A model generated the notes under the pieces. The model was not told the origin of the DNA. It saw only the letters and a program-made list of their open reading frames with translations, and did not search any database. A stretch of DNA of 64,000 nt from Candidatus Limiplasma sp. (lineage in GTDB: Bacteria > Bacillota > Clostridia > Christensenellales > Aristaeellaceae): the NCBI GenBank assembly GCA_963674895.2, contig CAXXCY010000001.1:189567-253566 (forward strand), in the 5' to 3' direction. Position 1 is the first letter of the stretch; each line of letters starts with the position of its first letter. Positions 9,371 to 17,783 of the stretch are shown here, piece by piece. The position numbers and the translations under genes are program-made.

Positions 9371-10630
9371 TTACTTGCTTGCGTTGATCTCGTCAAACGC
9401 CGCCTGCATCTCTTCCACGATATCCGCCGGGGTCAGGCTGCGGTCGGCGGCAAAGGACTGCAGCACGGCGCGCCAGTTGGTCAGGTATTCGCCGCTGAGC
9501 TGCGCGGTGAAGTTGCCGGCGTGGGCGATGTTGTTGGTTTCCTTGGCGTGCATGGCGACGCGGATCACCTCCGGCATATCCACGGTGACGCCGGGAACGA
9601 CGGACGGGTTATACGTGGCCGCGCTCCACTGGCCCGCTACCTCGGGCGAGAGCAGGTACGCGATGAAATTGAGCGCTTCGTCCACATGGTCGCTCATACC
9701 GTTGACCATGAAGATCTGGTCCAGCTGCACGCAGAAGCTGTTGGGCTTGCCGTCGTCGCGCGGCACGACGAACATGCCGTACTCCTGATCGGGATTGAAG
9801 CCCTGAATCTGCGCATAGGCCCAGGTGCCGTCGTAAATCATGGCGGCTTCGCCCGCGGCCATCGCCTGGCGCGCCATCGTGGTGTCGTTGCTCATGTCGT
9901 CCAGACGGTTGTACTCCATACGGCGTCCCCACAGCTCCAGCGCCTTGGTGAACTCCGGATAGTCCGCGAACTTCGCCTCACCGCTCATGAGCTTGGCAAA
10001 GGCGTCGAACTTGCCGTTTTCCATCAGCAGGGGCCACATGATAGCACGGATTTCGATATCGGGATAGGTTACGTTGGAGTAGTTGCGAATCCAGGGATCG
10101 ACGCCGTTATCGGAAAGCGTTTTGCACACGGCGTCCAGTTCGTCCTGCGTTGTGGGCTCGCTCAAACCGTACTGGGCAAAGATGGCCTTGTTGTAGATGA
10201 CGGCGTAGGTTTTGAAGTCCAGCGGCAGGGCGTAAACCTTGCCGTTCCAGGAGCAGTCGCCGATATCCGCGGCCGTCAGGCCCAGCTTCGCGATCATGTC
10301 GCTGCCGCTCAGGTCCATCACGTAGCCCGCATCAATAATGTCGGTATACTGTGCGGGCTGCCCCATCATGATGTCGGGGGCGTCCCCCGCGCCGACGCGC
10401 GTGCGCAGCTGCGTGATATACTCGTTCTGGCTCAGGGCCTGCGAATCAAACGTGACATTCGGGTGCTCCTGCATATAGCCCTCCAGAATGGCGTTGAACG
10501 CGTTGATCTTCACCTCGTTGCCCATATAGTGCATCACCGTGAGGGTAACGGGTTCCTCCTGCGCGGCGGCGAACGTCGCCGCACCGAGCGTCAGGCAAAG
10601 TACAAGAATCAGGGCAATCCTCTTTTTCAT
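9371..10630 (-). CDS. ABC transporter extracellular solute-binding protein (CUT1 family)
   Basis: Start placed at MKKRIALILVLCLTLGAATFAAAQ (signal peptide), with AGGAGG 6-7 nt upstream. About 419 aa, typical SBP_bac_1 length and composition. Confidence 0.85.
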   Translation of the reverse strand: MKKRIALILVLCLTLGAATFAAAQEEPVTLTVMHYMGNEVKINAFNAILEGYMQEHPNVTFDSQALSQNEYITQLRTRVGAGDAPDIMMGQPAQYTDIIDAGYVMDLSGSDMIAKLGLTAADIGDCSWNGKVYALPLDFKTYAVIYNKAIFAQYGLSEPTTQDELDAVCKTLSDNGVDPWIRNYSNVTYPDIEIRAIMWPLLMENGKFDAFAKLMSGEAKFADYPEFTKALELWGRRMEYNRLDDMSNDTTMARQAMAAGEAAMIYDGTWAYAQIQGFNPDQEYGMFVVPRDDGKPNSFCVQLDQIFMVNGMSDHVDEALNFIAYLLSPEVAGQWSAATYNPSVVPGVTVDMPEVIRVAMHAKETNNIAHAGNFTAQLSGEYLTNWRAVLQSFAADRSLTPADIVEEMQAAFDEINASK

Positions 10631-10836
10631 GGGAATCCTCCTTTTATAAAGTTGATCGAACAAAACGATCCTTCGTCTGCTTTCATTATAGGATCATCCA
10701 AATTCCGAACACATATAGGAGACTCTTCAAAATATATACCATAATTCCAACCTGCCGTAAATTGCTTGCAAATTCCGCACGGATCATTATGATACAGGTA
10801 GATTGAACTTCAATCCCAGATAAGGAGAGGATCCGC

Positions 10837-11607
10837 TTGAATCGTGTGATGTTCGTAACCGGCGCCGCGAGGAATACCGGCTTTGCCATCGCCCGGCATT
10901 TTGCCAACCATGGATACGATATCTGCCTCACCAGCCGGAGCGGGGAAAGCGCGGAGGCCGCGGCGCGGGCCATCGGGCTGGAGTTTCCCGGTATCCGCGT
11001 TCTGGGCCTGGCGATGGAGCAAAGCGATCTGGGCCAGGTTGAGGCGGCCTTCCGCCGCGCGTTTGAAACATTCGGCCGCCTGGACGTTTTCGTGGCCAAC
11101 GCGGCGGATTTGGGGGTCGGCTGCCATATCTATAATACCACGCCGGAGGACTGGGACCGGATCATGAACGTAAACGTGCGCGGCGCTTTTTTCTGCTGCC
11201 AGCAGGCCGCGCGTCTCATGGGCGCGGGAAGCGCCATCGTGTTCATCAGCAGCGTGCACGCCAACGCCTCCATCGTCGGTCGCGTGGCCTATTCCACATC
11301 CAAGGCTGCGCTGGGCGGTATGATGCGCTCGCTCGCCCTGGAGCTGGCCGGGCAGGGAATCCGCGTGAATTCCGTGATCGCGGGCGCGATCTGGACGGAC
11401 CGCTGGGCCGCGCAGACCCCCGAAGAGACGGAGCAAAGACGCAAAAAATACCCCTCGGGCCGTGAATCGAGCCCCGACGAGATCGCAAACGCCGTGTATT
11501 TCCTGGCCTCACCGGAAAACGCCACCGTGACCGGCACGGAGCTGACGGTCGATTCCGGAATCAGCATCTGCCTGCTGCCCTATGAAAAGGAGTGGAACCA
11601 TGATTGA
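10837..11607 (+). CDS. SDR family oxidoreductase
   Basis: 256 aa. Cofactor motif VTGAARNTGFAIA, NAA, and catalytic S...YSTSKAAL (YxxxK). Confidence 0.85.
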   Translation: MNRVMFVTGAARNTGFAIARHFANHGYDICLTSRSGESAEAAARAIGLEFPGIRVLGLAMEQSDLGQVEAAFRRAFETFGRLDVFVANAADLGVGCHIYNTTPEDWDRIMNVNVRGAFFCCQQAARLMGAGSAIVFISSVHANASIVGRVAYSTSKAALGGMMRSLALELAGQGIRVNSVIAGAIWTDRWAAQTPEETEQRRKKYPSGRESSPDEIANAVYFLASPENATVTGTELTVDSGISICLLPYEKEWNHD

Positions 11608-12250
11608 CGTGAAAGCGGAAATCCTGCAGGAAAAACTGGTGATCATCGCGCGCAGCACGCCGCTGGACACGCTCATCCGGGCGGCGGAAGCGCTGCTCAA
11701 CGCGGGCGTGCGGCTTTTGGAAACGACGTTTGACCACCGGCTGAATGATCCGGTCCCCGAGAACGCGGAAAAGATTGCCGCTTTGGACAAGGCGTTCGGC
11801 GGCCGGCTGCTCATCGGCGCCGGCACGGTGCTAAACGCCGACGAGGCGCAGGCCGCGTTTGACGCGGGGGCGAAGTTTATCATTTCGCCCAATACCAGCG
11901 AGCGCGTCGTCGCGCGCACGAAGAAGCTCGGGATGCTCTCCATTCCCGGCGCCGCCACGGCCACGGAGGTCTGCGCCGCCTGGGACATGGGCGCGGACAT
12001 CGTCAAGTTTTTTCCGGCGGACGACCTGGGCTTTCACTATATCCAAAACCTGCGGGGGCCCCTGCCCCACATCCCGCTGATGGCCACGGGCGGCGTGAAC
12101 CCCGTCACCATCCCCAAGCTTTTGGAACTTGGCGTGGCCGCCGTGGGCACGGGGATCACCGTGCTGCGCCCGGACCTTTTGGATGCCCATGACTACGCCG
12201 GGATCGAAACGCTGGCGAGGATGCACGTGGACGCGGTCCGCCTGCGCTGA
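11600..12250 (+). CDS. eda: 2-dehydro-3-deoxy-phosphogluconate/phosphogalactonate aldolase family (KDPG/KHG aldolase)
   Basis: About 216 aa. IGAGTVLN, GAKFIISP, PGAATATE and VKFFPA are the characteristic Eda/DgoA blocks. ATG at 11600 has AAAAGGAG 6 nt upstream and overlaps the SDR stop. Confidence 0.8.
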   Translation: MIDVKAEILQEKLVIIARSTPLDTLIRAAEALLNAGVRLLETTFDHRLNDPVPENAEKIAALDKAFGGRLLIGAGTVLNADEAQAAFDAGAKFIISPNTSERVVARTKKLGMLSIPGAATATEVCAAWDMGADIVKFFPADDLGFHYIQNLRGPLPHIPLMATGGVNPVTIPKLLELGVAAVGTGITVLRPDLLDAHDYAGIETLARMHVDAVRLR

Positions 12251-12266
12251 AGGAGGAAAGAACGGC

Positions 12267-13454
12267 ATGAAAATTACCGACGTGAAAGCGCTGACGATGG
12301 ACGCGTTCCGCACCAACTGGACCTTCGTCAAGGTGGAAACCGACGAGGGCCTGCACGGTTGGGGCGAAGCCAGCCTGGGCACCCGCGAAAAGGCTCTGGA
12401 AGGCTGCGTGGAGGACCTGAAGCGGCTTGTGGTCGGGCGCAATCCCATCGACATCGAGAAGATGCTCTTCGAGGTGTACCGGGATTCCTACTGGAAGGGC
12501 GGCCCGGTGTTCCTGTCCGCGCTCAGCGGCATCGAGATCGCGCTGTGGGACATCGCGGGAAAGTTTTATAACGCCCCCGTGTGCAACCTCCTGGGCGGGC
12601 GGGTGCGCGACCGCGTGCCGATGTACGCCAACGCCTGGTTCACGGGCGCGCGTACGCCGCAGGATTTCGCCGAAAAGGCGAAGCGGACCGTCGCGATGGG
12701 CGTCAAGGCGCTGAAATGGGACCCGTTCGGCAAGGCGCATATGACGCTTACTTTGGACGAGATGGAACAGGCTGTCGCCTGCGTGGGCGCTGTGCGCGAG
12801 GCCGTCGGCCCGCATGTGCAGCTGCTGATCGAATGCCACGGGCGCTTCAACCCGTACACCGCCATCGAGGCGAGCCGCCAGCTCGCGCCGTTCCATCCCA
12901 TGCTGATGGAAGAGCCCGTGCCGCCGGACAACCTGGATTCCCTGGCTCGCGTGCACGCGCGCTCCCACGTGCCGATCGCCGCCGGGGAGCGGATTTACAG
13001 CAAGTACATGTTCCGGGAGGCGCTGTATAAAAACGCGCTGGACATCGCCCAGCCGGATATCTTCCATACCGGCGGCATACTGGAGAGCAAAAAAATCGCC
13101 GCCATGTGCGAGGCGGACCATATTCCGGTCTCGTTCCACAATCCGTCCGGGCCGGTTTCCAACGCCGCCATCCTGCAGCTCGCGGCGTGCGTGCCGAACT
13201 TCCTCATCCACGAGATTATGATCACGGACGGCTCCTTCCGTTTCGATATCACGGACGAGGAAGTGGTCTTCGAGCAGGGGGACATCCTGATACCCGAAAA
13301 GCCGGGCCTGGGAATCGAGGTCAACGAGGAGGCCGTGCAAGGCCGCCCGTACGTGCCCCGGAACCTCCGCCACTACACCGGCACGCTCACCGACATCCGT
13401 CCCAAGGACGATACGGTCTATTACTTCAAAGGTTTGCCGAATACAGATCGATAA
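12267..13454 (+). CDS. enolase-superfamily dehydratase, D-galactonate dehydratase (DgoD)-like
   Basis: 395 aa. MKITDVKAL...FVKVETDEGLHGWGE and LSGIEIALWDIAGKFYNAPVCNLLGG parallel E. coli DgoD. AGGAGG RBS before ATG 12267. The upstream part of the track ORF lies inside eda and was discarded. Confidence 0.85.
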   Translation: MKITDVKALTMDAFRTNWTFVKVETDEGLHGWGEASLGTREKALEGCVEDLKRLVVGRNPIDIEKMLFEVYRDSYWKGGPVFLSALSGIEIALWDIAGKFYNAPVCNLLGGRVRDRVPMYANAWFTGARTPQDFAEKAKRTVAMGVKALKWDPFGKAHMTLTLDEMEQAVACVGAVREAVGPHVQLLIECHGRFNPYTAIEASRQLAPFHPMLMEEPVPPDNLDSLARVHARSHVPIAAGERIYSKYMFREALYKNALDIAQPDIFHTGGILESKKIAAMCEADHIPVSFHNPSGPVSNAAILQLAACVPNFLIHEIMITDGSFRFDITDEEVVFEQGDILIPEKPGLGIEVNEEAVQGRPYVPRNLRHYTGTLTDIRPKDDTVYYFKGLPNTDR

Positions 13455-13475
13455 GCTTGCCAAATACGTTGGGTA

Positions 13476-13645
13476 TTATTCACCTCCCCAATTCCTCAGA
13501 AAAGGGCAATCGAAGAGAACGTTGTGCTTGCGCGGCATCGACCAAAGGAAATAGGAATCATAGCCGGGAGCGCCCACCGTGGTATGGTAGACGCTTGGCA
13601 AATCCAGACGATCGGATGGAAACCGATAAAACAGAGAACCGAACG
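13476..13645 (-). pseudogene. 3'-terminal remnant of a second IolB/KduI-family isomerase gene
   Basis: The minus-strand translation ...YRFPSDRLDLPSVYHTTVGAPGYDSYFLWSMPRKHNVLF... aligns with the C-terminus of the intact gene at 15256-16071 (YRVKSNELVEFPRGYHTTVGAPGYNSYFLWLMSGEHQGFF). It is bounded upstream by a stop and has no N-terminal part. Confidence 0.55.
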
Positions 13646-13844
13646 TTATATAAAACCGCGTTCTTTGCTATCAAAAAACCTGAGAAGTCATATTATGAAA
13701 CGGGTGCAAAAGGCAGCCCCTTTTGCGCGATCCTGCCTGCACTGATAAACTGGGTGAAGGCGTATACCATTTGCCGTTTATTGCATAGAACTGACTGATG
13801 GCTGTCATATTCGTTGTCACGGCGTCCGAGGACATAAACACTAG

Positions 13845-13873
13845 TTGCTTAACGGTTTCCAAGGTGATATAAT
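13845..13873 (+). promoter_or_regulatory. candidate sigma-70-type promoter upstream of the M28 peptidase gene
   Basis: TTGCTT, 17-nt spacer, TATAAT preceded by TGa (extended -10). This leaves a leader of about 190 nt before ATG 14062. Confidence 0.35.
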
Positions 13874-14020
13874 CTGCTAAACCATCGAAAGAAGAATGCA
13901 GTCATGATTCCGGCTTTCCTTGTCCGGTGTCTTTCCACAAGGAGAGGATATCACGGAGGATCTCTTTTCAGGGAAGGAATTTTTAAGTTGTGAACCCTGT
14001 ACAGAGCGCCTTCCTAAAAT

Positions 14021-14047
14021 ATATCTGATAACCGTTCAATCAGATAT
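14021..14047 (+). promoter_or_regulatory. perfect 9-bp inverted repeat just upstream of the peptidase RBS
   Basis: ATATCTGAT-(9 nt)-ATCAGATAT, ending a few nt before the AGGAGG RBS that precedes ATG 14062. Could be an operator or a translation-masking hairpin. Confidence 0.3.
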
Positions 14048-14061
14048 TCCAGGAGGAAAAT

Positions 14062-15105
14062 ATGCATAAACCGATATCGCGAAGGATACTATCTCTCATC
14101 GTCGTACTGATGGTATGGGTTGGAACAGCCTATGCGTTTGAAACCGAGAGAGTCGCCGGTGTTGATTTTGGAGAGTATGGACAGCAAGCCTATATATATC
14201 TCCAGTATATCGACAAGTATCTTCCAGATCGGGACAGCGCCGGCGGTAGAGATATCGTTAAGGCACAGGAATGGATTATCAGCGAACTGAAAAAAGCAGG
14301 ATATCCCCAGGAACAGATTGAAGTTCAGGATTTCAGTTTCTGGGGGGAGCACAGCAAGAAGCAAACGGCGCAGAACATCATTGCTACATTGCCCGGGCAA
14401 ACAGAAGCCCAAATTATTATCGGCACGCATTATGACGCAGTCGACGACGGCAACGGCGCCGGCGACAACGGATCCGGAGTCGCCCTTTTGCTGGAAACTG
14501 CCTGTCGTCTCGTCCGGGAGGATACGCTGTATCATACGTTGGTTTTCGTATTCTTTAGCGCTGAAGAATACGATCTGGATGGCTCTGCCGCGTATGCTGA
14601 CGCTATGACAGATAAGGAAGTCGCCAATACGGAATTTATGATCAATATAGATTCCATCATCTGCGGTGATTATTGCTATCTTCACGGAGGCGCTGCGGAT
14701 TTTAGAAAAAAACAGGTCAATGAACTGGACGCGTTTGATAAGGTCTACGCGATCGGCTGGCAGCTTGGGCTTGACCTCCATGTCATTCCATGGACATTTG
14801 AAAATCCGGCTCCCGGTTTCAGGGAACCCGATTACCCTTCTCCTGCTGTTGGGGATTGGAGCGATCATGCCGCCTTTATGGAACGCGGCATACAGTATGT
14901 GTACTTCGAAGCAAGTAACTGGGAAATTCCCGGCCCCGACCGCCAATACGACGGCGACAGCGAAACCGCCGACGCGGGCAGGATCATGCATTCGAAAAAC
15001 GACACGTTATCCAAAATCGAGGAGCTTTTCCCCGGCCGGGCGTTGTATCACCTGCAGGTTTTTTCACTGCTGCTCAACGCTACGCTGACTGCCGATCAGC
15101 ACTGA
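14062..15105 (+). CDS. M28 family metallopeptidase (aminopeptidase), secreted
   Basis: 347 aa. N-terminal signal-like segment ILSLIVVLMVWVGTAYA. Zn ligand blocks GTHYDAV, GAGDNGSGVALLLE, FSAEEYDLDGS. AGGAGG RBS. Confidence 0.8.
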   Translation: MHKPISRRILSLIVVLMVWVGTAYAFETERVAGVDFGEYGQQAYIYLQYIDKYLPDRDSAGGRDIVKAQEWIISELKKAGYPQEQIEVQDFSFWGEHSKKQTAQNIIATLPGQTEAQIIIGTHYDAVDDGNGAGDNGSGVALLLETACRLVREDTLYHTLVFVFFSAEEYDLDGSAAYADAMTDKEVANTEFMINIDSIICGDYCYLHGGAADFRKKQVNELDAFDKVYAIGWQLGLDLHVIPWTFENPAPGFREPDYPSPAVGDWSDHAAFMERGIQYVYFEASNWEIPGPDRQYDGDSETADAGRIMHSKNDTLSKIEELFPGRALYHLQVFSLLLNATLTADQH

Positions 15106-15115
15106 ACGTGTGGGA

Positions 15116-15218
15116 ATGATCACCCATATTCTCCCGGTCGAAGACTGCGAAAAAGGCTTCGATCTTTTTACGCCAGCGCAAGGCCGTCAAGGTCGCGCTG
15201 ACCTTCGACGACCGGTAC
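15116..15218 (+). pseudogene. 3'-terminal remnant of a zinc-type (MDR) alcohol/polyol dehydrogenase gene, frameshifted
   Basis: Translation ITHILPVEDCEKGFDLF, then a +1 shift, then KAVKVALTFDD. This matches the conserved MDR C-terminus (compare E. coli Tdh ITHRFSIDDFQKGFDAM...GKVILSWD). No upstream part of such a gene exists here. Confidence 0.4.
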
Positions 15219-15224
15219 AAAAAA

Positions 15225-15244
15225 GCCAGGGCTTTTGCCCTGGC
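15225..15244. terminator. bidirectional rho-independent-type terminator
   Basis: GCCAGGGC-TTTT-GCCCTGGC, flanked by AAAAAA on the left and TTTTCT on the right. It lies 12 nt from the iolB-like stop. Confidence 0.55.
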
Positions 15245-15255
15245 TTTTCTAATGC

Positions 15256-16071
15256 TTACAGCTTTTTGATCAGGTTTTCCACGGCGCCGACCCAGGCGTG
15301 ATCGGGATCGCTGCTGCGGAAAAAGCCCTGGTGCTCGCCGGACATCAGCCACAGGAAATAGGAGTTGTAGCCGGGCGCGCCCACCGTGGTGTGATAGCCG
15401 CGGGGGAACTCAACCAGCTCGTTGCTTTTCACGCGGTAGGCTTCGTCGATCTCGCCGTCGGAGGTATACAGGCACTGGACGCCGAAGCCCTGCTGCGGAT
15501 CGAACAGGAAGTAATAGATCTCCTCCAGCACGCCCTCGGCGGGCATAGTGTCCGTATCGTGCTTATGCGGCGGGAAGCCTGCCCAGTTGCCGGGGGTGAT
15601 GTACGCCTCGCCGATGGTGAGCTTCTTTGCGTTGGTGGTTCCGTCCACGATAAAGCTGGTGTCGCGTTCCCAGGGCTTCACGCCCAGCCGCATCACGCGC
15701 ACCGAGTCCTGGCGGATGGCCTGGGGTTCGCTGTCCTGCGCGACGGGCGTTGCGCACACGGCGATCTTGATATTGCCGGGGCTGCGTATCTCCACCTCGC
15801 AGCCACGGGGCGCGTAAAAGCATTCCGCCTTGGGGCTTTCAAACACGCTGCGCCGCGCGCCGACCGTGCCGTAGTCCTTGCCGCCGGCGGTGAAGTTCGC
15901 CTTGCCGCCGAGGATCACGAAGGCGGCCTCCCGGTCTTTGGTATTATAGGTATAGCTTTGGCCGCCGGTCAGCTCGAGAATGCCGAACTCCAGATCTTTG
16001 AGCGAGCATTTGCCGATCTCGCACAGAGGCGTGAAGCCGTTCCTGGGGGTATAGGTTTTTTTGTAGTTCAT
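15256..16071 (-). CDS. iolB: 5-deoxy-glucuronate isomerase-like protein (KduI/IolB family)
   Basis: 271 aa starting MNYKKTYTP. GNWAGFPPHKHD, LEEIYYF, GFGVQCLYTSDGEIDE and PRGYHTTVGAPGYNSYFLWLMSG parallel B. subtilis IolB (GNWSSYPPHKHD...LEETYYH...GYHPV...GYTSYYLNVMAG). The ATG overlaps the etfA stop (ATGA). Confidence 0.75.
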   Translation of the reverse strand: MNYKKTYTPRNGFTPLCEIGKCSLKDLEFGILELTGGQSYTYNTKDREAAFVILGGKANFTAGGKDYGTVGARRSVFESPKAECFYAPRGCEVEIRSPGNIKIAVCATPVAQDSEPQAIRQDSVRVMRLGVKPWERDTSFIVDGTTNAKKLTIGEAYITPGNWAGFPPHKHDTDTMPAEGVLEEIYYFLFDPQQGFGVQCLYTSDGEIDEAYRVKSNELVEFPRGYHTTVGAPGYNSYFLWLMSGEHQGFFRSSDPDHAWVGAVENLIKKL

Positions 16072-17012
16072 GGATGTTCCTTCCTTTCTTTGAGGTAGCG
16101 TATCATCGTATCGGCCGTCTCCTCCCAATCGGCGACGACGCCGTAATCCGCGCAGGAGAAAATGGGCGCGTTCTTGTCCGTATTCACCGCCACCACCGTG
16201 CCCGAGCCGTTCATGCCGACGATATGCTGCACCAGCCCACTCACGCCGAAGGCCAGATACAGACTGGGACGGACCGCGATCCCTGTTTGCCCGACCTGAT
16301 GCGCGTAGGGAATCCAGCCCGCGTCCACCGCGCCGCGCGTGGCGCCCACCGCGCCGTGTAGAAGCTCCGCCAGTGTAAAGAGCTTCGCAAAGCCCTTTTT
16401 ACCGCCCAGGCCTTTGCCGCCGGTCACCACGACCCGCGCCTGCTGCAGGGCCACACCGTCGTCAACGGGCGTGAACGCGGCGCGCTCCAGCAGCGTCTGA
16501 ACGGCTTCAAGCCGCAATATTGTTTCTTTCGGCCGCTTTGCCGTATCGCACGCCGCGGGCGGCGCAAATACGTTGGGGCGGACGCTCGCGATCTGCGGCC
16601 GGCTTTCCCGGCACAGGATTTCCGCCGTCAGGCTGCCGCCGTAGGCCGTGCGCGTCTGCCTGAGCAGTCCGTCCTCCGTCAGGGAAAGCTCCGTACAGTC
16701 CGCGGTCAGCCCGGTATCCAGTCCGGCAGCCACCCATGCGGAGAGAAACCGTCCCCGTATGGTGGCCGGAAAGAAAACCGCGTCGGGCTTAAGTTGCCTG
16801 AGCGCCTCCGCGATCCGGTCGCCCTGCGCACAATCGTCCGCACATGGACCGAGCCAAATGGTTTCCCCGGCCCCCATGGCGGCGAAGCAGCGCGTATCCG
16901 TCTCCTCTTCATACAGTGCGACGACGACGCCTTCCGGCGACAGCGACCGTGCCTTTCCCAGCAGTTCCCCCGCCGCTTCCCCCCGGCGTTCGCAGAAGAC
17001 CGCGATCTTCAC
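16068..17012 (-). CDS. etfA: electron transfer flavoprotein subunit alpha (EtfA/FixB family)
   Basis: 314 aa from GTG 17012 (GTGA overlap with the etfB stop). VVTGGKGLG, HQVGQTG and LAFGVSGLVQH motifs. The 118-codon upstream part of the track ORF overlaps etfB and was discarded. Confidence 0.85.
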   Translation of the reverse strand: MKIAVFCERRGEAAGELLGKARSLSPEGVVVALYEEETDTRCFAAMGAGETIWLGPCADDCAQGDRIAEALRQLKPDAVFFPATIRGRFLSAWVAAGLDTGLTADCTELSLTEDGLLRQTRTAYGGSLTAEILCRESRPQIASVRPNVFAPPAACDTAKRPKETILRLEAVQTLLERAAFTPVDDGVALQQARVVVTGGKGLGGKKGFAKLFTLAELLHGAVGATRGAVDAGWIPYAHQVGQTGIAVRPSLYLAFGVSGLVQHIVGMNGSGTVVAVNTDKNAPIFSCADYGVVADWEETADTMIRYLKERKEHP

Positions 17013-17773
17013 GGCAGCACCCCCCGCTCCTCCAGCGCCGCGAGCACATCCTGCAGCGGCAGCTTCCGGCAGGGGCGAAGGCCCAGAGGCCGGGGGCTGA
17101 CGTGCACCACGCGCGTGGGCGAGGCGGCCAGGCCGCATTTCCCCTCCATGCCGATATCCCCGGGCGAAAGCCGTGTGATCTCCGCCCGCGCGGCGGCGCG
17201 CAGGCCCGCAATCGAGGGCAGGCGCAGCCTGTAGCTCCACTCGCAGAGCGTGACGAGCGCGGGCAGGCCCGCCTTCCACGTTACGACGCCGTCCTCGGTC
17301 AGCTGCTCCGCGATCAGCGTCTCTCCTTCCACGGCGGCGCCCGTCGCGTTGACGACGCAGGCGCACCTAAGCATCGACGCGAGCATCGGCCCCACCTGCC
17401 CGGTTTCCCCGTCCGCCGCGCGCCTGCCGCACAGGATGAGGTCAAACCCATTGAGCTTCCGCGCCGCGGCGGCGAGGCATTTGGCCGTCACCAGCGTGTC
17501 CGCGCCGGCGAAGGCGGGCGAGGTGAGCAGCACGCCCCGGTCCGCGCCGCGCGACAGCGCTTCCCGAAGCATGGTTTCCGCACGCTCCGGCCCCATGGTG
17601 ATCGCCGTCACCGTGCCGCCGTGCGCATCGCGCAGGGCGAGGCCCAGCTCCAGCGCGCTTTCGTCGGCAGGGTTCATGACCTGCGCTACAAACTGCCTTT
17701 CCAGCGTATAATCGCCGGAAAGCTTGACGTCCATCGTGTCTGGGACCTGTTTCATGCAAACGAGGATGTTCAT
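17009..17773 (-). CDS. etfB: electron transfer flavoprotein subunit beta (EtfB/FixA family)
   Basis: 254 aa. MNILVCMKQVPDT, NPADESALE, LCGRRAADGETGQVGP. Confidence 0.85.
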   Translation of the reverse strand: MNILVCMKQVPDTMDVKLSGDYTLERQFVAQVMNPADESALELGLALRDAHGGTVTAITMGPERAETMLREALSRGADRGVLLTSPAFAGADTLVTAKCLAAAARKLNGFDLILCGRRAADGETGQVGPMLASMLRCACVVNATGAAVEGETLIAEQLTEDGVVTWKAGLPALVTLCEWSYRLRLPSIAGLRAAARAEITRLSPGDIGMEGKCGLAASPTRVVHVSPRPLGLRPCRKLPLQDVLAALEERGVLP

Positions 17774-17783
17774 GCGGCTATCC

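Noticed and set aside
13671-13862. 63-aa minus-strand ORF in the insert left of the M28 peptidase
   Set aside because: It is not supported as a live gene: TTG start, no RBS, and it overlaps the predicted peptidase promoter. At most it is a decayed fragment (see the scar finding).
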